Shown here: in pieces, positions 52,917 to 63,047 of the stretch
Layout of the letters: each line of letters opens with the position of its first letter
Position numbering within the stretch: position 1 is the first letter of the stretch
NCBI GenBank assembly: GCA_045600605.1
Contig: JAZRYG010000060.1
Location: forward strand, 17,131-81,130
Source: Bacteroidales bacterium
Lineage (GTDB): Bacteria > Bacteroidota > Bacteroidia > Bacteroidales > F082
DNA length: 64,000 bases
Direction: 5' to 3'
Notes under the pieces: generated by a model
Told to the model about the DNA's origin: nothing
The model's input: only the letters and a program-made list of their open reading frames with translations
The model's database searches: none
Made by a program: the position numbers and the translations under genes

Positions 52917-53669
52917 ATGAAGATAAAAATGATTAACGACAGCATTGATTTTCAGCTTGTTACAGAAAACATCGCAAGCACGCTCGACGAGAAAGTCAGG
53001 CTTGCCGATGGCGTGTTGTCGTCATATAACTTCATTGTCATACTGTCGGTGATGGCAGTCTTGGCGTTGTGCAAGCAGTTCGTTCCAAGCCGCCTCGGTG
53101 CCATCATCTCGATGTTTTATCACAGTTCAGATACGGAGAAGATGACGCGCGAATGGAACCCGCTCACCAGCCTCACAGGTTTCTCGGTGGCGGTGTCGTA
53201 CATCGCGCTGCTCGCACTCTTCGTCCAGAAGTCGGTGCTGATTCTCAACGGCAACGTGAGACTCTACGGCGGCGTTGACTTCTTCCTTGAGGCGTGTCTC
53301 TTCGCAAGCGCGTTCGTGTTGGTCAGATACCTTTTTATTAATACAGTCGGGTGGATGTTCTGCACACAGTCCGCGTCGCAGCATCACGCCATCATCCACA
53401 TAGCGATGATGGCCTCAATGAACTTCGTGCTGCTGCCGCTCGTCCTTGTCTTAACATTCTATCAATCAAAGTTTTGGCTGTTTCTCGGCATTTCGATTAT
53501 GATGATTTTTAACGTCTATAGGATAGTGAAAACTTTTATTGATTTCCAATTTTTAATAAAAAATGCAACATCGAAGATTTTTTTGTATCTTTGCACGCTC
53601 GAAATTATACCGATTTCAGTTGCCTTCACAATGGCGTTCCGACTTGTTGCAACTAATTCTGTATTATAG
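52917..53669 (+). CDS. DUF4271-like polytopic membrane protein
   Basis: 6 TM helices. It occupies the conserved Bacteroidota position immediately upstream of the uroporphyrinogen-III-synthase-like gene. Confidence 0.6.
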   Translation: MKIKMINDSIDFQLVTENIASTLDEKVRLADGVLSSYNFIVILSVMAVLALCKQFVPSRLGAIISMFYHSSDTEKMTREWNPLTSLTGFSVAVSYIALLALFVQKSVLILNGNVRLYGGVDFFLEACLFASAFVLVRYLFINTVGWMFCTQSASQHHAIIHIAMMASMNFVLLPLVLVLTFYQSKFWLFLGISIMMIFNVYRIVKTFIDFQFLIKNATSKIFLYLCTLEIIPISVAFTMAFRLVATNSVL

Positions 53670-53695
53670 AGTTAATCATAAATTTGGTTTACAAA

Positions 53696-54463
53696 ATGAA
53701 AGTTAAGAACATACTTGTCTCACAGCCTAAACCGGCTGACATCACGAAAACTCCATACGAAAACATCATAAAGAAGTTCAATGTCAACTTTGAATTTGAG
53801 AAGTTCATCAAGTTGGAAAGCGTTGAGCCGCTTGAGCTGAGGCAAGACCATGTGAAGCTGACCGACTACACCGCGGTGATACTGACGAGCCGCAACATGA
53901 TTGACCACTTCTTCAGCATCGCGAAGGAGATGCGCTACACTGTGCCTGACAACCTCAAGTATTTCTGTCTCAATGAGTCAACGGCGTTGTACCTGCAACA
54001 TTACATACAGTTCCGCAAGAGGAAGATATTCTTCGGCACACAGTCGTTCTCGGAGCTTGTCGAGCTGATGAAGAAACACAAGGAGGAGTATTTCTTCCTT
54101 CCGACCTCGAACATCACCACGACGGAGGACTACGGCGAGATGATGACGGAGGCCGAGTTGAAGTTCAAGAAGGCGATGATTTTCCGCACGGTGAGTGCCG
54201 ATATCAAGGATGTCATCGACATCAACAAATACGATATGTTGGTGTTTTTCAGCCCTGCGGGGATAGAGTCGCTGAAGGCCAATTTCCCTGATTTCGAGCA
54301 GGGCAGCGTTGCCATCGGCGGGTTGGGACAATCGACATGCAAGGCCATCACCGACGCGGGCTTCAGCCTCAGTTTCGCCGCTCCGACGGAGACAGCCCCG
54401 TCAATCACCATGGCGATAGAGGAATATCTCACCGCCGAGTCGAAAAAAGCCAGGAAGAAATAG
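53696..54463 (+). CDS. Uroporphyrinogen-III synthase (HemD-like)
   Basis: KNILVSQPKP...YTAVILTSRNMIDHFF...MLVFFSPAGIESL, a two-lobe HEM4 pattern. ATG at 53696. Confidence 0.7.
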   Translation: MKVKNILVSQPKPADITKTPYENIIKKFNVNFEFEKFIKLESVEPLELRQDHVKLTDYTAVILTSRNMIDHFFSIAKEMRYTVPDNLKYFCLNESTALYLQHYIQFRKRKIFFGTQSFSELVELMKKHKEEYFFLPTSNITTTEDYGEMMTEAELKFKKAMIFRTVSADIKDVIDINKYDMLVFFSPAGIESLKANFPDFEQGSVAIGGLGQSTCKAITDAGFSLSFAAPTETAPSITMAIEEYLTAESKKARKK

Positions 54464-54855
54464 TGGAGCCTAAGGAAGGATTACCGAAGTCGCAGCGCCT
54501 CTACCTGAAAAACGACATCAACGCGTTGTTCGAAGAGGGGAAAGGATTCAACGCCTATCCTTTCCGGGTCGTTGTGCGCGTCCACGATGCCGTCGCGCGG
54601 GAGACGGCGATACCCCGCATCCTCGTCTCGGTGTCGAAGAAACGTTTCCACCACGCGGTGAAACGCAACAGGGTGAAACGCCTCGTCCGCGAGAGCTGGC
54701 GCCGTAACAGGGGAAACCTTATGAATATCTGCAACGAAAACAACAAAACCATCGATATCGCGTTTGTATATACCGCAACGTGCATCCTGACCTACAACGA
54801 GATAGAGTCGAAGATGTCGGGCATAGCCAAACGCCTGGGGGGGAAGATATGCTGA
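54463..54855 (+). CDS. rnpA: Ribonuclease P protein component
   Basis: [17 protein letters not shown]...[26 protein letters not shown] is the RnpA signature. There is no in-frame ATG, so a GTG at 54463 overlapping the hemD-like stop by 1 nt is assumed. Confidence 0.7.
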   Translation: MEPKEGLPKSQRLYLKNDINALFEEGKGFNAYPFRVVVRVHDAVARETAIPRILVSVSKKRFHHAVKRNRVKRLVRESWRRNRGNLMNICNENNKTIDIAFVYTATCILTYNEIESKMSGIAKRLGGKIC

Positions 54856-55082
54856 AATTCATCGTCAAACTGCCGGCCAACATCTTGATTCTGCTTATCA
54901 GAGTGTATCAATACACGCTGTCGCCGCTCATCGGGCGCAACTGCCGCTACACCCCGACATGCTCGAACTACGGCATACAGGCCATCAGGAAGTATGGCGC
55001 GATAAAAGGAGGATGGCTGACAATAAAAAGGATAGCCTCATGCAACCCGTGGGGCGGAAGCGGATACGACCCAGTGCCGTGA
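54849..55082 (+). CDS. yidD: Membrane protein insertion efficiency factor YidD
   Basis: [31 protein letters not shown]...RIASCNPW. Overlaps the rnpA end by 7 nt. Confidence 0.9.
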   Translation: MLKFIVKLPANILILLIRVYQYTLSPLIGRNCRYTPTCSNYGIQAIRKYGAIKGGWLTIKRIASCNPWGGSGYDPVP

Positions 55083-55122
55083 GAGTTAGAAAGTTTGAAA
55101 AGTTAAAAGGGAGACTGAAAAT

Positions 55123-56775
55123 ATGAAAAAAATCATGACATTTCTCATTCTGGCGTTCGTCGCTGTTTCGGTAAACGGCCAGACGAGACAGAACAACTTT
55201 GAGATTTCAAAAAGCATCGACATATATAATAATGTGTTGAGGGTGCTTAACATGTATTATGTTGACGAAATCAACCCGTCGGAGCTGAACCAGAACGCCA
55301 TCGACGCGATGCTCGAAGACCTCGACCCTTATACCGTCTTCATTCCTGAGGAACACATCGAGGACGTGAAACTCATGACCACCGGCGAATACGGCGGCAT
55401 CGGCTCGACGATACAGTATTTCGAAGGCAAGACGCAGATCGCCGACCCATACGAAGGCTTCCCTGCACAGAAAGCCGGTCTCTTGCCAGGCGACATCTTC
55501 CTCGAAGTCAACGGAGTGGACGTCACAGGCAAGAAGTCGGACGAGATCAGCGAGCTGTTGAAAGGCACGCCCGGGACGACCGTCAGACTCAAAATGCAAC
55601 GCTACGGCGAGACAGAACCCGTGGTTAAAGAAGTGAAACGCGAGAAGATAAAAATCGACAACATCCCTTATTCCACGGTCTTCGACAACGGCATCGGCTA
55701 CGCGATACTCTCACAGTTCACTAAAGACTGCGCGAAAGAACTCAAAGACGTGTTTCTCGACATGAAGAAAAACCACGACCTGAAAGGCTTCATCATCGAC
55801 CTCAGAGGCAACGGCGGCGGACTACTCAACGAGGCCGTTGACATCGTGAACATGTTCGTGCCAAGAAACAAACTTGTCGTATATACAAAAGGCAAAGTGT
55901 CGCAGCAGAACAGCAATTATTTCACACAGAATGAACCTATTGACCTTGACATCCCGCTTGTCATCTTGGTCAACGGAAGCAGCGCGTCGGCATCGGAGAT
56001 TCTCTCCGGCTCTATCCAAGACTTCGACAGAGGCGTCATCGTGGGGCAACGCACATTCGGGAAGGGGTTGGTGCAGAATATTTTGCCGATAAGCTACAAC
56101 ACGCAGATGAAGGTGACGGTGGCGCATTATTACATCCCGAGCAACCGTTGCATCCAGGAAATCGACTACGCGAAGAGACGCAAAGGCATCGCCAACGACA
56201 CGCTGCCGAAGAACGACACCCTCGGCCCGCAGTTCCACACCGCCAACGGTCGCGTGGTGTATGAAGGCCACGGTATCACACCCGACGTCAAGATTGAACC
56301 GGAGATGATGTCAACAATCACGACACATCTCTTCGCCAAGAATCTGTTCTTCAAATACGCCAACAAATTCCGCAGCGAACACAAATCCATAAAAGGCCCA
56401 CTTGAGTTCAAAATCAGTGATGAGGTGTATCAAGACTTCATGCAATTCGTTAAAGATGAAGGTTTTACATTTACCTCCGAGACAGAGAAAGCCATCAATG
56501 ACATAAAAGAACTCGCGAAGCTGGAGGGCTATCTCGCCGAAATAGAACCTTATTTCAATGATGCGAAGACACGCATCGAGGCGGAGAAGGAGAAAGACCT
56601 CATCGATAACAGGGAGGAGATTGAAGACCTTCTGAGAGAGGAAATCGTCGCACGCTACTATTACCAGAAAGGACGCATTATCACTGCGTTACAGAAAGAT
56701 CCAGAACTCGAACGCGCATTCCAGGTAATTCTCAACGGAGAGTATAAGAAAATCCTGAACGGCGAGGAATTTTAG
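55123..56775 (+). CDS. S41 family carboxy-terminal processing peptidase
   Basis: Signal peptide, a PDZ segment (GGIGSTI...GDIFLEVNG) and the catalytic region LVNGSSASASEILSG...GKGLVQ. Confidence 0.9.
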   Translation: MKKIMTFLILAFVAVSVNGQTRQNNFEISKSIDIYNNVLRVLNMYYVDEINPSELNQNAIDAMLEDLDPYTVFIPEEHIEDVKLMTTGEYGGIGSTIQYFEGKTQIADPYEGFPAQKAGLLPGDIFLEVNGVDVTGKKSDEISELLKGTPGTTVRLKMQRYGETEPVVKEVKREKIKIDNIPYSTVFDNGIGYAILSQFTKDCAKELKDVFLDMKKNHDLKGFIIDLRGNGGGLLNEAVDIVNMFVPRNKLVVYTKGKVSQQNSNYFTQNEPIDLDIPLVILVNGSSASASEILSGSIQDFDRGVIVGQRTFGKGLVQNILPISYNTQMKVTVAHYYIPSNRCIQEIDYAKRRKGIANDTLPKNDTLGPQFHTANGRVVYEGHGITPDVKIEPEMMSTITTHLFAKNLFFKYANKFRSEHKSIKGPLEFKISDEVYQDFMQFVKDEGFTFTSETEKAINDIKELAKLEGYLAEIEPYFNDAKTRIEAEKEKDLIDNREEIEDLLREEIVARYYYQKGRIITALQKDPELERAFQVILNGEYKKILNGEEF

Positions 56776-56802
56776 TTGAGCGTCAAGATAGCCTGACGCA
56801 TG

Positions 56803-56833
56803 ACAACCGCCACGCCATTCGTGTCATTCGTGG
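56803..56833 (+). repeat. ATTCGTG-repeat element copy 2 (ACAACCGCCACGCC ATTCGTG TC ATTCGTG G)
   Basis: Located between the convergent S41 peptidase and polyprenyl synthase genes. Shares ACCGCCACGCYATTCGTGTCATTCGTG with copy 1, in the same orientation. Confidence 0.65.
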
Positions 56834-56835
56834 TC

Positions 56836-57810
56836 TTACTTCACCCTTGTGTAAAGATACCTCGCGTATTCCCTCAACACCGCCTTGTTCTCTTCGGGCA
56901 GAGCTATCTCATCCAGTCGTCTCACCGCGCTCTCGTAATAGCTTGTCATCAGGTCGGTGACGATTTCGCGGACGTTGTATTTGGCGTAGATGTCGAGCAC
57001 TGCCTTCATCTTGCTGTCGCTGCGTCCTTTCGGCATGGTGAAATATCTGTTGAGAAGAGCCTTGTCATCAGGTGAGGCGAGTTGTAACGCCTTGAGGTAC
57101 AAGTATGTCTTCTTGTTGTCGGCGATGTCGCCGCCCGGCATCTTGCCGAAGACCTTCACGTCGCCGTAGCAGTCGAAGAGGTCGTCTTGCAGCTGGAACG
57201 CGATGCCGAGGTCGATGCCGAAGTCATAGACGGCCTGTTGGTTTTTCTCGGAGGTGTCGGCCACGATTGCGCCGATTTTCAGTACCGAGCCGAGAAGTAC
57301 CGCGGTCTTGAGGCGTATCATCTCGATGTATTGCTCAAGTGTCACGTCATCGGTAGTCTCGAAGTTAAGGTCGTGCTGTTGTCCTTCGCAAACCTCAAGG
57401 GCGACTTTTATCAGCTCGCTTAAAATTTCAGAGGAGTGTCGTTTGTTGGTGTTCAGCGCATATTGGAACGCCTTGATGAGCATGGTGTCGCCCGACAGCA
57501 GCGCGATGTTGGAGTTCCATTTGTGATACACCGTCTCGAGTCCGCGGCGCAGCGGCGCCTCGTCCATGATGTCGTCGTGTATCAGCGTGAAGTTGTGGAA
57601 TATCTCCGCGGCGACGGCGGGCGTGAGGCACTGCCTGATGTCACCGCCGAACATCTCGCAGGCGAGCAGGCACAGCGTCGGGCGCATGCGCTTGCCTTTC
57701 TGGTGCATTGTGTATTCGATAGGCGCATAAAGCTCGTCGGGTGTCCCCTTGAAATCCTGCGACTCAATAAATTTGGTGATGGTGTCTTGTATCTTTTCGA
57801 CTGATGTCAT
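56836..57810 (-). CDS. Polyprenyl diphosphate synthase (trans-IPPS family)
   Basis: First and second Asp-rich motifs LIHDDIMD and FQLQDDLFD. The ATG at 57810 overlaps the stop of the upstream MMPL gene (ATGA). The track's 50-codon extension is rejected. Confidence 0.9.
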   Translation of the reverse strand: MTSVEKIQDTITKFIESQDFKGTPDELYAPIEYTMHQKGKRMRPTLCLLACEMFGGDIRQCLTPAVAAEIFHNFTLIHDDIMDEAPLRRGLETVYHKWNSNIALLSGDTMLIKAFQYALNTNKRHSSEILSELIKVALEVCEGQQHDLNFETTDDVTLEQYIEMIRLKTAVLLGSVLKIGAIVADTSEKNQQAVYDFGIDLGIAFQLQDDLFDCYGDVKVFGKMPGGDIADNKKTYLYLKALQLASPDDKALLNRYFTMPKGRSDSKMKAVLDIYAKYNVREIVTDLMTSYYESAVRRLDEIALPEENKAVLREYARYLYTRVK

Positions 57811-60116
57811 GATTGTTTTCTTTTTTTGAAAAATGTCAATACTAATGTTGGTAAAACGATGATGTTGGTTATCAATGAGATGAGCAGTGTCGCCGGCACG
57901 AGGACGCCAACCACTTTGGTGCCGCCGAACGACGAGAAGGCGAAGATGAGGAACCCGCATATCAGGATGCTGGCGGAATAGACCATGCTCGGCCCCGTCT
58001 CCTTGATGGCTCCGGTGACCGACTTCTCCACGTCGTTGTCGTACAGCCTCATCTGCAAGCGGTATCTTGCGAGGTAATGGATGGTGTTATCGACGCTGAT
58101 TCCTAATGCGATGCTGAACACCAACAGCGTTGACATCTTCAGCGGGATGCCTGTGAAACCCATGATGCCGGCGGTGAACAGCAGTGGTATGACGTTAGGT
58201 ATAAGCGAGATGACGATCATCTTGAAGTTCTTGAATGTCAGTGCCATCAGAAGGGCGATGATGACGAAGGCGAGGATGAGCGAATACGCGAGGTTCTCGA
58301 TGAGATAGTTGGTGCCTTCGAGTGTCACGACGCTGCTTCCCGTGAGGGTGACGTCGTATTTGTCGCAAGGGAAGATCTGTTCTATCTTCGGCTTCAGCGA
58401 GCTTATGATGCTGTCAACCTTCGGCGTCGTGATGTTGGCCATCTGCACGCTGATGCGTGTGCGTTGCAGGTCTTTGTCCATATACTGCGTGATGATGTCG
58501 GGCATCTCGCCGCCCTGCATGTCGGGGATGTATTTCATGATGAACCCGAACTCGTTGTTGCTCGGCACCTTGTAATGCCTGCTGTCGCCGTTGTAGAACG
58601 CCTGGCGGCCGAATTTCACCACCTCGGCTATCGACAGCGGCTGGCTGAACTCCGGATAGGTGGCGATGGTGTCCTGCAGTTGGCTTATCTTGTTGATAAA
58701 ACGCGCGTTGAGAATGCCTTTGGGTTTCTTCGTGTCGATGGATATCTCAAAAGGCATCACGCCGCCGACGTTTTTCTCGAAGAACATCATATCCTGGTAA
58801 AGCTCGTCTTTCTCGGAGATGTCATCGACCACGCGGCCCGAGGTGGTCATCATCGAGGCACCGAGGAAACACAGCGCGATGAAACAACATAAGGCGGTGT
58901 AAGTCACCTTTTTGTGGCTGATGACGTAGCTCGCAAGCCGGTCCATGAAGGCGTGAATCCTGCTGTTGCCGATTTTGTCCATCGTCCTGACCGTCGGCTC
59001 GCGCTGGTAGCTGAAGAACGTCGGGAGGAGCACCATCGTGAGGACGTAAGTCAGCATGATGCAGACGCTTGCGAGGATGCCGAACGGCACGAGCAGCTCG
59101 TTGCGGGTGATGATGAACGAGGCGAAGCTGACGGCTGTGGTCATGTTCGTCAGGAAGTTCGCCGGCCCGATGAGCATGATGGTGTTATGCAGCGCGGTGT
59201 GTTTGTCGCGGCATCTCGCGAACTCCGTGTTGTATTTGTTGATCATGAAGATGGAGTTCTCCACGCCGATGATTATCAGGAGCGGAGGCAGCACGCCGGT
59301 GAGAATCGTTATCTCGAAGCCGAGCGACACCATGAGGCCGAACATGAACCCCACTGATGCTATCACGATAAGCAGCACCGAGAGAAGCATGCGCCATTCC
59401 TTGAAGAACATGAAAAGTATCACACCTGCGATTAATATCGACAGCAGGGTGAAGAGCACGATTTCGGAGACCATCTTCTCTGTGGTGACTTCCCTGATGT
59501 ACGACATGCCGGAGAGGTGCATCTTCACGCCGGTCTCCGCTTCGTACTGCCGCGCCAAGGCTTGCAGCGAGTCGGTGAATGCCACGCGCATCGAGGTGTT
59601 CACGCACTCGTCGGTCTGCGTTATCATCATGAGGTAGGCGTCTGACTCGCTGTTGAACAGAAGCCCGTCGAACAGGTTGAGGCTGTAAACCTCCTCTCTT
59701 ATCCTATCGACTTCCTCCTGTGTCTCGGGGCGCGTCGGGACGACCTCCTTGAGGTCGAACTGCTTGACGCTGTCGTCTTTCACGAGGTTGAAAATCCTCG
59801 TCACCGAGAGGCATTCCACCACGCCATCAAGACTTCTCACCTTCTCGTTGAAGTCGTAATATCTCTGGAAATTCTCAAGCTGAAAAAGGTCAGGGTCGTA
59901 CATCCCGATGAAATCCACCATGCCGTCCTGTCCGTATTGGTCGAGGAACTTCTGGTATGTGACCATTGTCGGGTCGTCGTCGGGGAGGGTGTTCGCCATG
60001 ACGTATGCCATCTTCGCGTGAGAGGCCTTGAAGGTCATGAAGGCGAGCAGGATGATGATTATCGAAAGGTTTAAGATTCTGTATTTTAAGATGTAGTTCG
60101 CTATCTTATTCCACAT
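57807..60116 (-). CDS. MMPL/RND superfamily transporter (12 TM, two periplasmic loops)
   Basis: 769 aa with two 6-TM bundles, each preceded by a large soluble loop. GxxxD-type RND helices (SIALGISVDNTIHY). Confidence 0.8.
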   Translation of the reverse strand: MWNKIANYILKYRILNLSIIIILLAFMTFKASHAKMAYVMANTLPDDDPTMVTYQKFLDQYGQDGMVDFIGMYDPDLFQLENFQRYYDFNEKVRSLDGVVECLSVTRIFNLVKDDSVKQFDLKEVVPTRPETQEEVDRIREEVYSLNLFDGLLFNSESDAYLMMITQTDECVNTSMRVAFTDSLQALARQYEAETGVKMHLSGMSYIREVTTEKMVSEIVLFTLLSILIAGVILFMFFKEWRMLLSVLLIVIASVGFMFGLMVSLGFEITILTGVLPPLLIIIGVENSIFMINKYNTEFARCRDKHTALHNTIMLIGPANFLTNMTTAVSFASFIITRNELLVPFGILASVCIMLTYVLTMVLLPTFFSYQREPTVRTMDKIGNSRIHAFMDRLASYVISHKKVTYTALCCFIALCFLGASMMTTSGRVVDDISEKDELYQDMMFFEKNVGGVMPFEISIDTKKPKGILNARFINKISQLQDTIATYPEFSQPLSIAEVVKFGRQAFYNGDSRHYKVPSNNEFGFIMKYIPDMQGGEMPDIITQYMDKDLQRTRISVQMANITTPKVDSIISSLKPKIEQIFPCDKYDVTLTGSSVVTLEGTNYLIENLAYSLILAFVIIALLMALTFKNFKMIVISLIPNVIPLLFTAGIMGFTGIPLKMSTLLVFSIALGISVDNTIHYLARYRLQMRLYDNDVEKSVTGAIKETGPSMVYSASILICGFLIFAFSSFGGTKVVGVLVPATLLISLITNIIVLPTLVLTFFKKRKQS

Positions 60117-60133
60117 AGACGATTGTCTTGAAA

Positions 60134-60412
60134 TTAAAAAATGTCTGAATGTCTGCCGGTGTTCAGCATCAGGAGAATCAGTTCCTCGTCATTCTGTTCC
60201 CAGACAAGAATCCAATCCGGTTGGATGTGGCATTCCCACGTGCGACCGCCATGGTAATTTGACAGTTTGTGTGATTTATATTCTGGCGGGAGACAGCCGT
60301 TTTCTGACAGTTTGCAGATGGCATCTTTGAGCTTCTGCATCTGAAAGTTGCGTTTCTGACACAACTTCATGGCTTTCTCAAAGCGGTTAGTGGTCAGGAC
60401 TCTGTAACTCAT
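60134..60412 (-). CDS. YafQ/RelE-family mRNA interferase toxin (second copy)
   Basis: ...HKLSNYHGGRTWECHIQPDWILVWEQNDEELILLMLNTGRHSDIF. Confidence 0.85.
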   Translation of the reverse strand: MSYRVLTTNRFEKAMKLCQKRNFQMQKLKDAICKLSENGCLPPEYKSHKLSNYHGGRTWECHIQPDWILVWEQNDEELILLMLNTGRHSDIF

Positions 60413-60615
60413 TTTTCAAGTATTGTGTCAAACATTGCGTCAATGCTCTCCCATTCTGTCACTCTTCCAGCCTCAACGTCTTCAAGAGCCAGTTCGATGC
60501 CTGTTTTCTTCCGGCGTGTGTTGTTCCTGACTTTCACCCCGTCTAAATTCGACAATATCTTCTTCAAGCTTGCGAGGATGCTTTTGTCCTCAACTTCAAT
60601 TACTAATTCTGTCAT
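60409..60615 (-). CDS. Antitoxin partner of second YafQ-type toxin
   Basis: 68 aa with a 4-nt overlap onto the toxin. A CAAAGATA box lies 20 nt upstream. Confidence 0.6.
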   Translation of the reverse strand: MTELVIEVEDKSILASLKKILSNLDGVKVRNNTRRKKTGIELALEDVEAGRVTEWESIDAMFDTILEK

Positions 60616-60635
60616 GACATGTCATTTTTAAGCTG

Positions 60636-60643
60636 CAAAGATA
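60636..60643 (-). promoter_or_regulatory. -7 promoter box TATCTTTG for the second YafQ TA pair
   Basis: CAAAGATA on the + strand, 20 nt upstream of the ATG at 60615. Confidence 0.5.
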
Positions 60644-60700
60644 CGCATTTTTCGGGAAAACATCGTGTCTTTCACGAAAAAATATCGCCGACAAGATGTT

Positions 60701-61873
60701 TTACGCAAGACGCTGTTTCTCGTAAGTCCTCTTGTAAACAAGATAGGCGAGGCAGAAATACACGGTGGTCTGAATCCACAGCGCGGTGAGTTCGGGTCGG
60801 ACATCGGCGAGGTGCGCGCCCATCTCGGTGATCCTGACGTAGCCGTTGATGCCGAATGTCGAGGGGAATATCCACGAGACCACCTTCCAGAAATGCGGTA
60901 TGTTGCTCACCGGCCATGAGATGCCGCTCATGAAAAGCAACGGTATCGAGAGGAACACGAACATGATTATGAACGACTCGCGGTCGTGCGACAGGGCCGA
61001 CACCGTCATGCTGAAGAACACGCACGACAGGATGAACGGCACCATGAAGGCGAGCAGCGTCATCCAGTCCCAGATGTGGACGAGGTGGAACAACGGCGGC
61101 ACGATGCACACAAGATACACCGCCACGATGAGATAGATGGCGAAATACACCATCGACTTCCCGATGAGTATCTCGTGCGGGCGTTTGCCCAAGAGATGCG
61201 GCTCGACGATGCCCTTGCGGTGTTTCTCGCGCTCCTCGCCGGCTATCATCCCGACGCCGAGCACCATGGTCTGCTGTATTATCATCATCAGCACGGCGGG
61301 GATGAGGAAGGTGGCGAAGCCGCTCTGCGTGTTGAACATCGGGACATACTCATATTCAATCGGATACTGGAATGTCGAGAGTTGTTCCTCCGTCGCGCCG
61401 GGCAGCCGCATGGCTTTTATCTCCTTGTTCATGTCGAGCGACACCTCGGTGCATCCGCCGAGGACGGCCTTGTAATAAAGCAGTCCGCTCATGTCGGAGT
61501 AAAGCTCCACCGTGGCCTGCCGCATCTGCGCGAGGTCGCTGTCGAACTCCTTCGGGATGTAGATGAGGCAATACGCCTCACGCTGGCGTATCAGCTCCTT
61601 CGCCTCCTCGAGGTCGGCGCAATGCCCCACAATCTTGATGTCGGCGGTGGCGTCGGCCCTGCGCAGGAACTCCCTGCTCGTCAGCGTGTTGCAGTTGTCA
61701 ACGACAACCGTGGGCACCTCACGGACGACCTCATTGCCGTAGAGATAGGCGTAGAGAAGAGGATAGAGGAGCGGCACCACGATGAAAAACACCACGACGC
61801 CTTCATCGAAGAGCGAGTTCTTTATCTCATAGAACCAGACATTGATAATATTCTTCAGCCAATTCATTTTCAA
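60701..61873 (-). CDS. ABC-2 type transporter permease
   Basis: An N-terminal TM helix, a large extracytoplasmic loop, then 5 C-terminal TM helices. Downstream of a paralogue and a HlyD-type adaptor. Confidence 0.8.
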   Translation of the reverse strand: MKMNWLKNIINVWFYEIKNSLFDEGVVVFFIVVPLLYPLLYAYLYGNEVVREVPTVVVDNCNTLTSREFLRRADATADIKIVGHCADLEEAKELIRQREAYCLIYIPKEFDSDLAQMRQATVELYSDMSGLLYYKAVLGGCTEVSLDMNKEIKAMRLPGATEEQLSTFQYPIEYEYVPMFNTQSGFATFLIPAVLMMIIQQTMVLGVGMIAGEEREKHRKGIVEPHLLGKRPHEILIGKSMVYFAIYLIVAVYLVCIVPPLFHLVHIWDWMTLLAFMVPFILSCVFFSMTVSALSHDRESFIIMFVFLSIPLLFMSGISWPVSNIPHFWKVVSWIFPSTFGINGYVRITEMGAHLADVRPELTALWIQTTVYFCLAYLVYKRTYEKQRLA

Positions 61874-61877
61874 GATG

Positions 61878-63047
61878 TTAACGAGTGTAATGATATTTCA
61901 GAAGGAAGGTCTTAAGCCTCCTGAGCACCAACAGCGGCAGCATCAGGAACGCAATCTGTATCGCGATGTCTTGCCATGAATATATCAGCGGCAGCCCGTT
62001 CAGCGCCTGATCGACGTATATCAGGAAATAATGACGCAGCGGGAAGAAGTACGCCAACGCCCTCAGCGGTTCGGGGAACGCCATCTGCGGGAATGAGAAT
62101 CCGGAGATGGGGAACGACAGCACGCCCCACAGCGTGGCGAGGCTCAACGCCCAGCGCAGCGACGGCACGCATCCGCAGAAGAACACCGCGAAGGCGAACG
62201 ACGCCATGATGAGCAGGAACATGTTCAGCGCCATAGGCCACACGCCGCTGTTGAGCGGGAAATGCCACAGCCCGTAGAGCCACATCAGACATAACGCGCC
62301 CATCACCATCCAGATGGCGAGATGCGGCAGCAGCTTGCCCGTCAGGGCTTTGACGACATCGTCGCCGGCCATCGACATCCATTCCTTCGATGTCTCTTCT
62401 TTTATTTCAACGTAAATGGCGTATATCGTCACCTGCATGATGAGCAGCATGATGATGCCGGGGAGGATGGTGTTGCTGAGATAGACCGAGTAGTTGAGCC
62501 GCGGGTTGTTGACGGCGTGCATCTCGCATCGTATTGGTTGCAGTACCGCCATGGCCTGCGCGTCGGTGTATCCTTTGGCGTACAGCGTGGCACGTGTGAT
62601 GGCGGCGGAGGCGTACTCCGACATCATCTTCATGTCGCGGTATTCGAGTGATGCGGGCACGATGTACGACGGCGCGGTGTAGAACGACACCGTGGGCTGT
62701 TTGCTCGACAGCGCGAGCTGCGTGGTGCCCTCGGGGATGTAGTAGAAGGCGTATATCTCGCCTCGCTGCATGGCCTTTCGCGCCTCGGCGACGCTGCCAT
62801 AATGCCTCACGATATGCGTCTGCTGCATCGCGTCGAGGTTGCGTATCACCTCGCGCGTGACGGAGGTGTTGTCGTCATCGACGACACCCGCCGGCAGCTC
62901 GCACGGCAGCCCCTCACGCATCAGCGTGGTGAAGAAGATGAAGCCTATCAGAGGCGCTATCACCATGCTGAAGATGTATATGGGCCGCGAGAGGATACGC
63001 CGTTGCTCGCGCCTTGCGATGTCTAATATCCTCCTGACGCTATTCAT
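61878..63047 (-). CDS. ABC-2 type transporter permease
   Basis: Same topology as 60701-61873. It overlaps the adaptor gene by 8 nt. Confidence 0.8.
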   Translation of the reverse strand: MNSVRRILDIARREQRRILSRPIYIFSMVIAPLIGFIFFTTLMREGLPCELPAGVVDDDNTSVTREVIRNLDAMQQTHIVRHYGSVAEARKAMQRGEIYAFYYIPEGTTQLALSSKQPTVSFYTAPSYIVPASLEYRDMKMMSEYASAAITRATLYAKGYTDAQAMAVLQPIRCEMHAVNNPRLNYSVYLSNTILPGIIMLLIMQVTIYAIYVEIKEETSKEWMSMAGDDVVKALTGKLLPHLAIWMVMGALCLMWLYGLWHFPLNSGVWPMALNMFLLIMASFAFAVFFCGCVPSLRWALSLATLWGVLSFPISGFSFPQMAFPEPLRALAYFFPLRHYFLIYVDQALNGLPLIYSWQDIAIQIAFLMLPLLVLRRLKTFLLKYHYTR

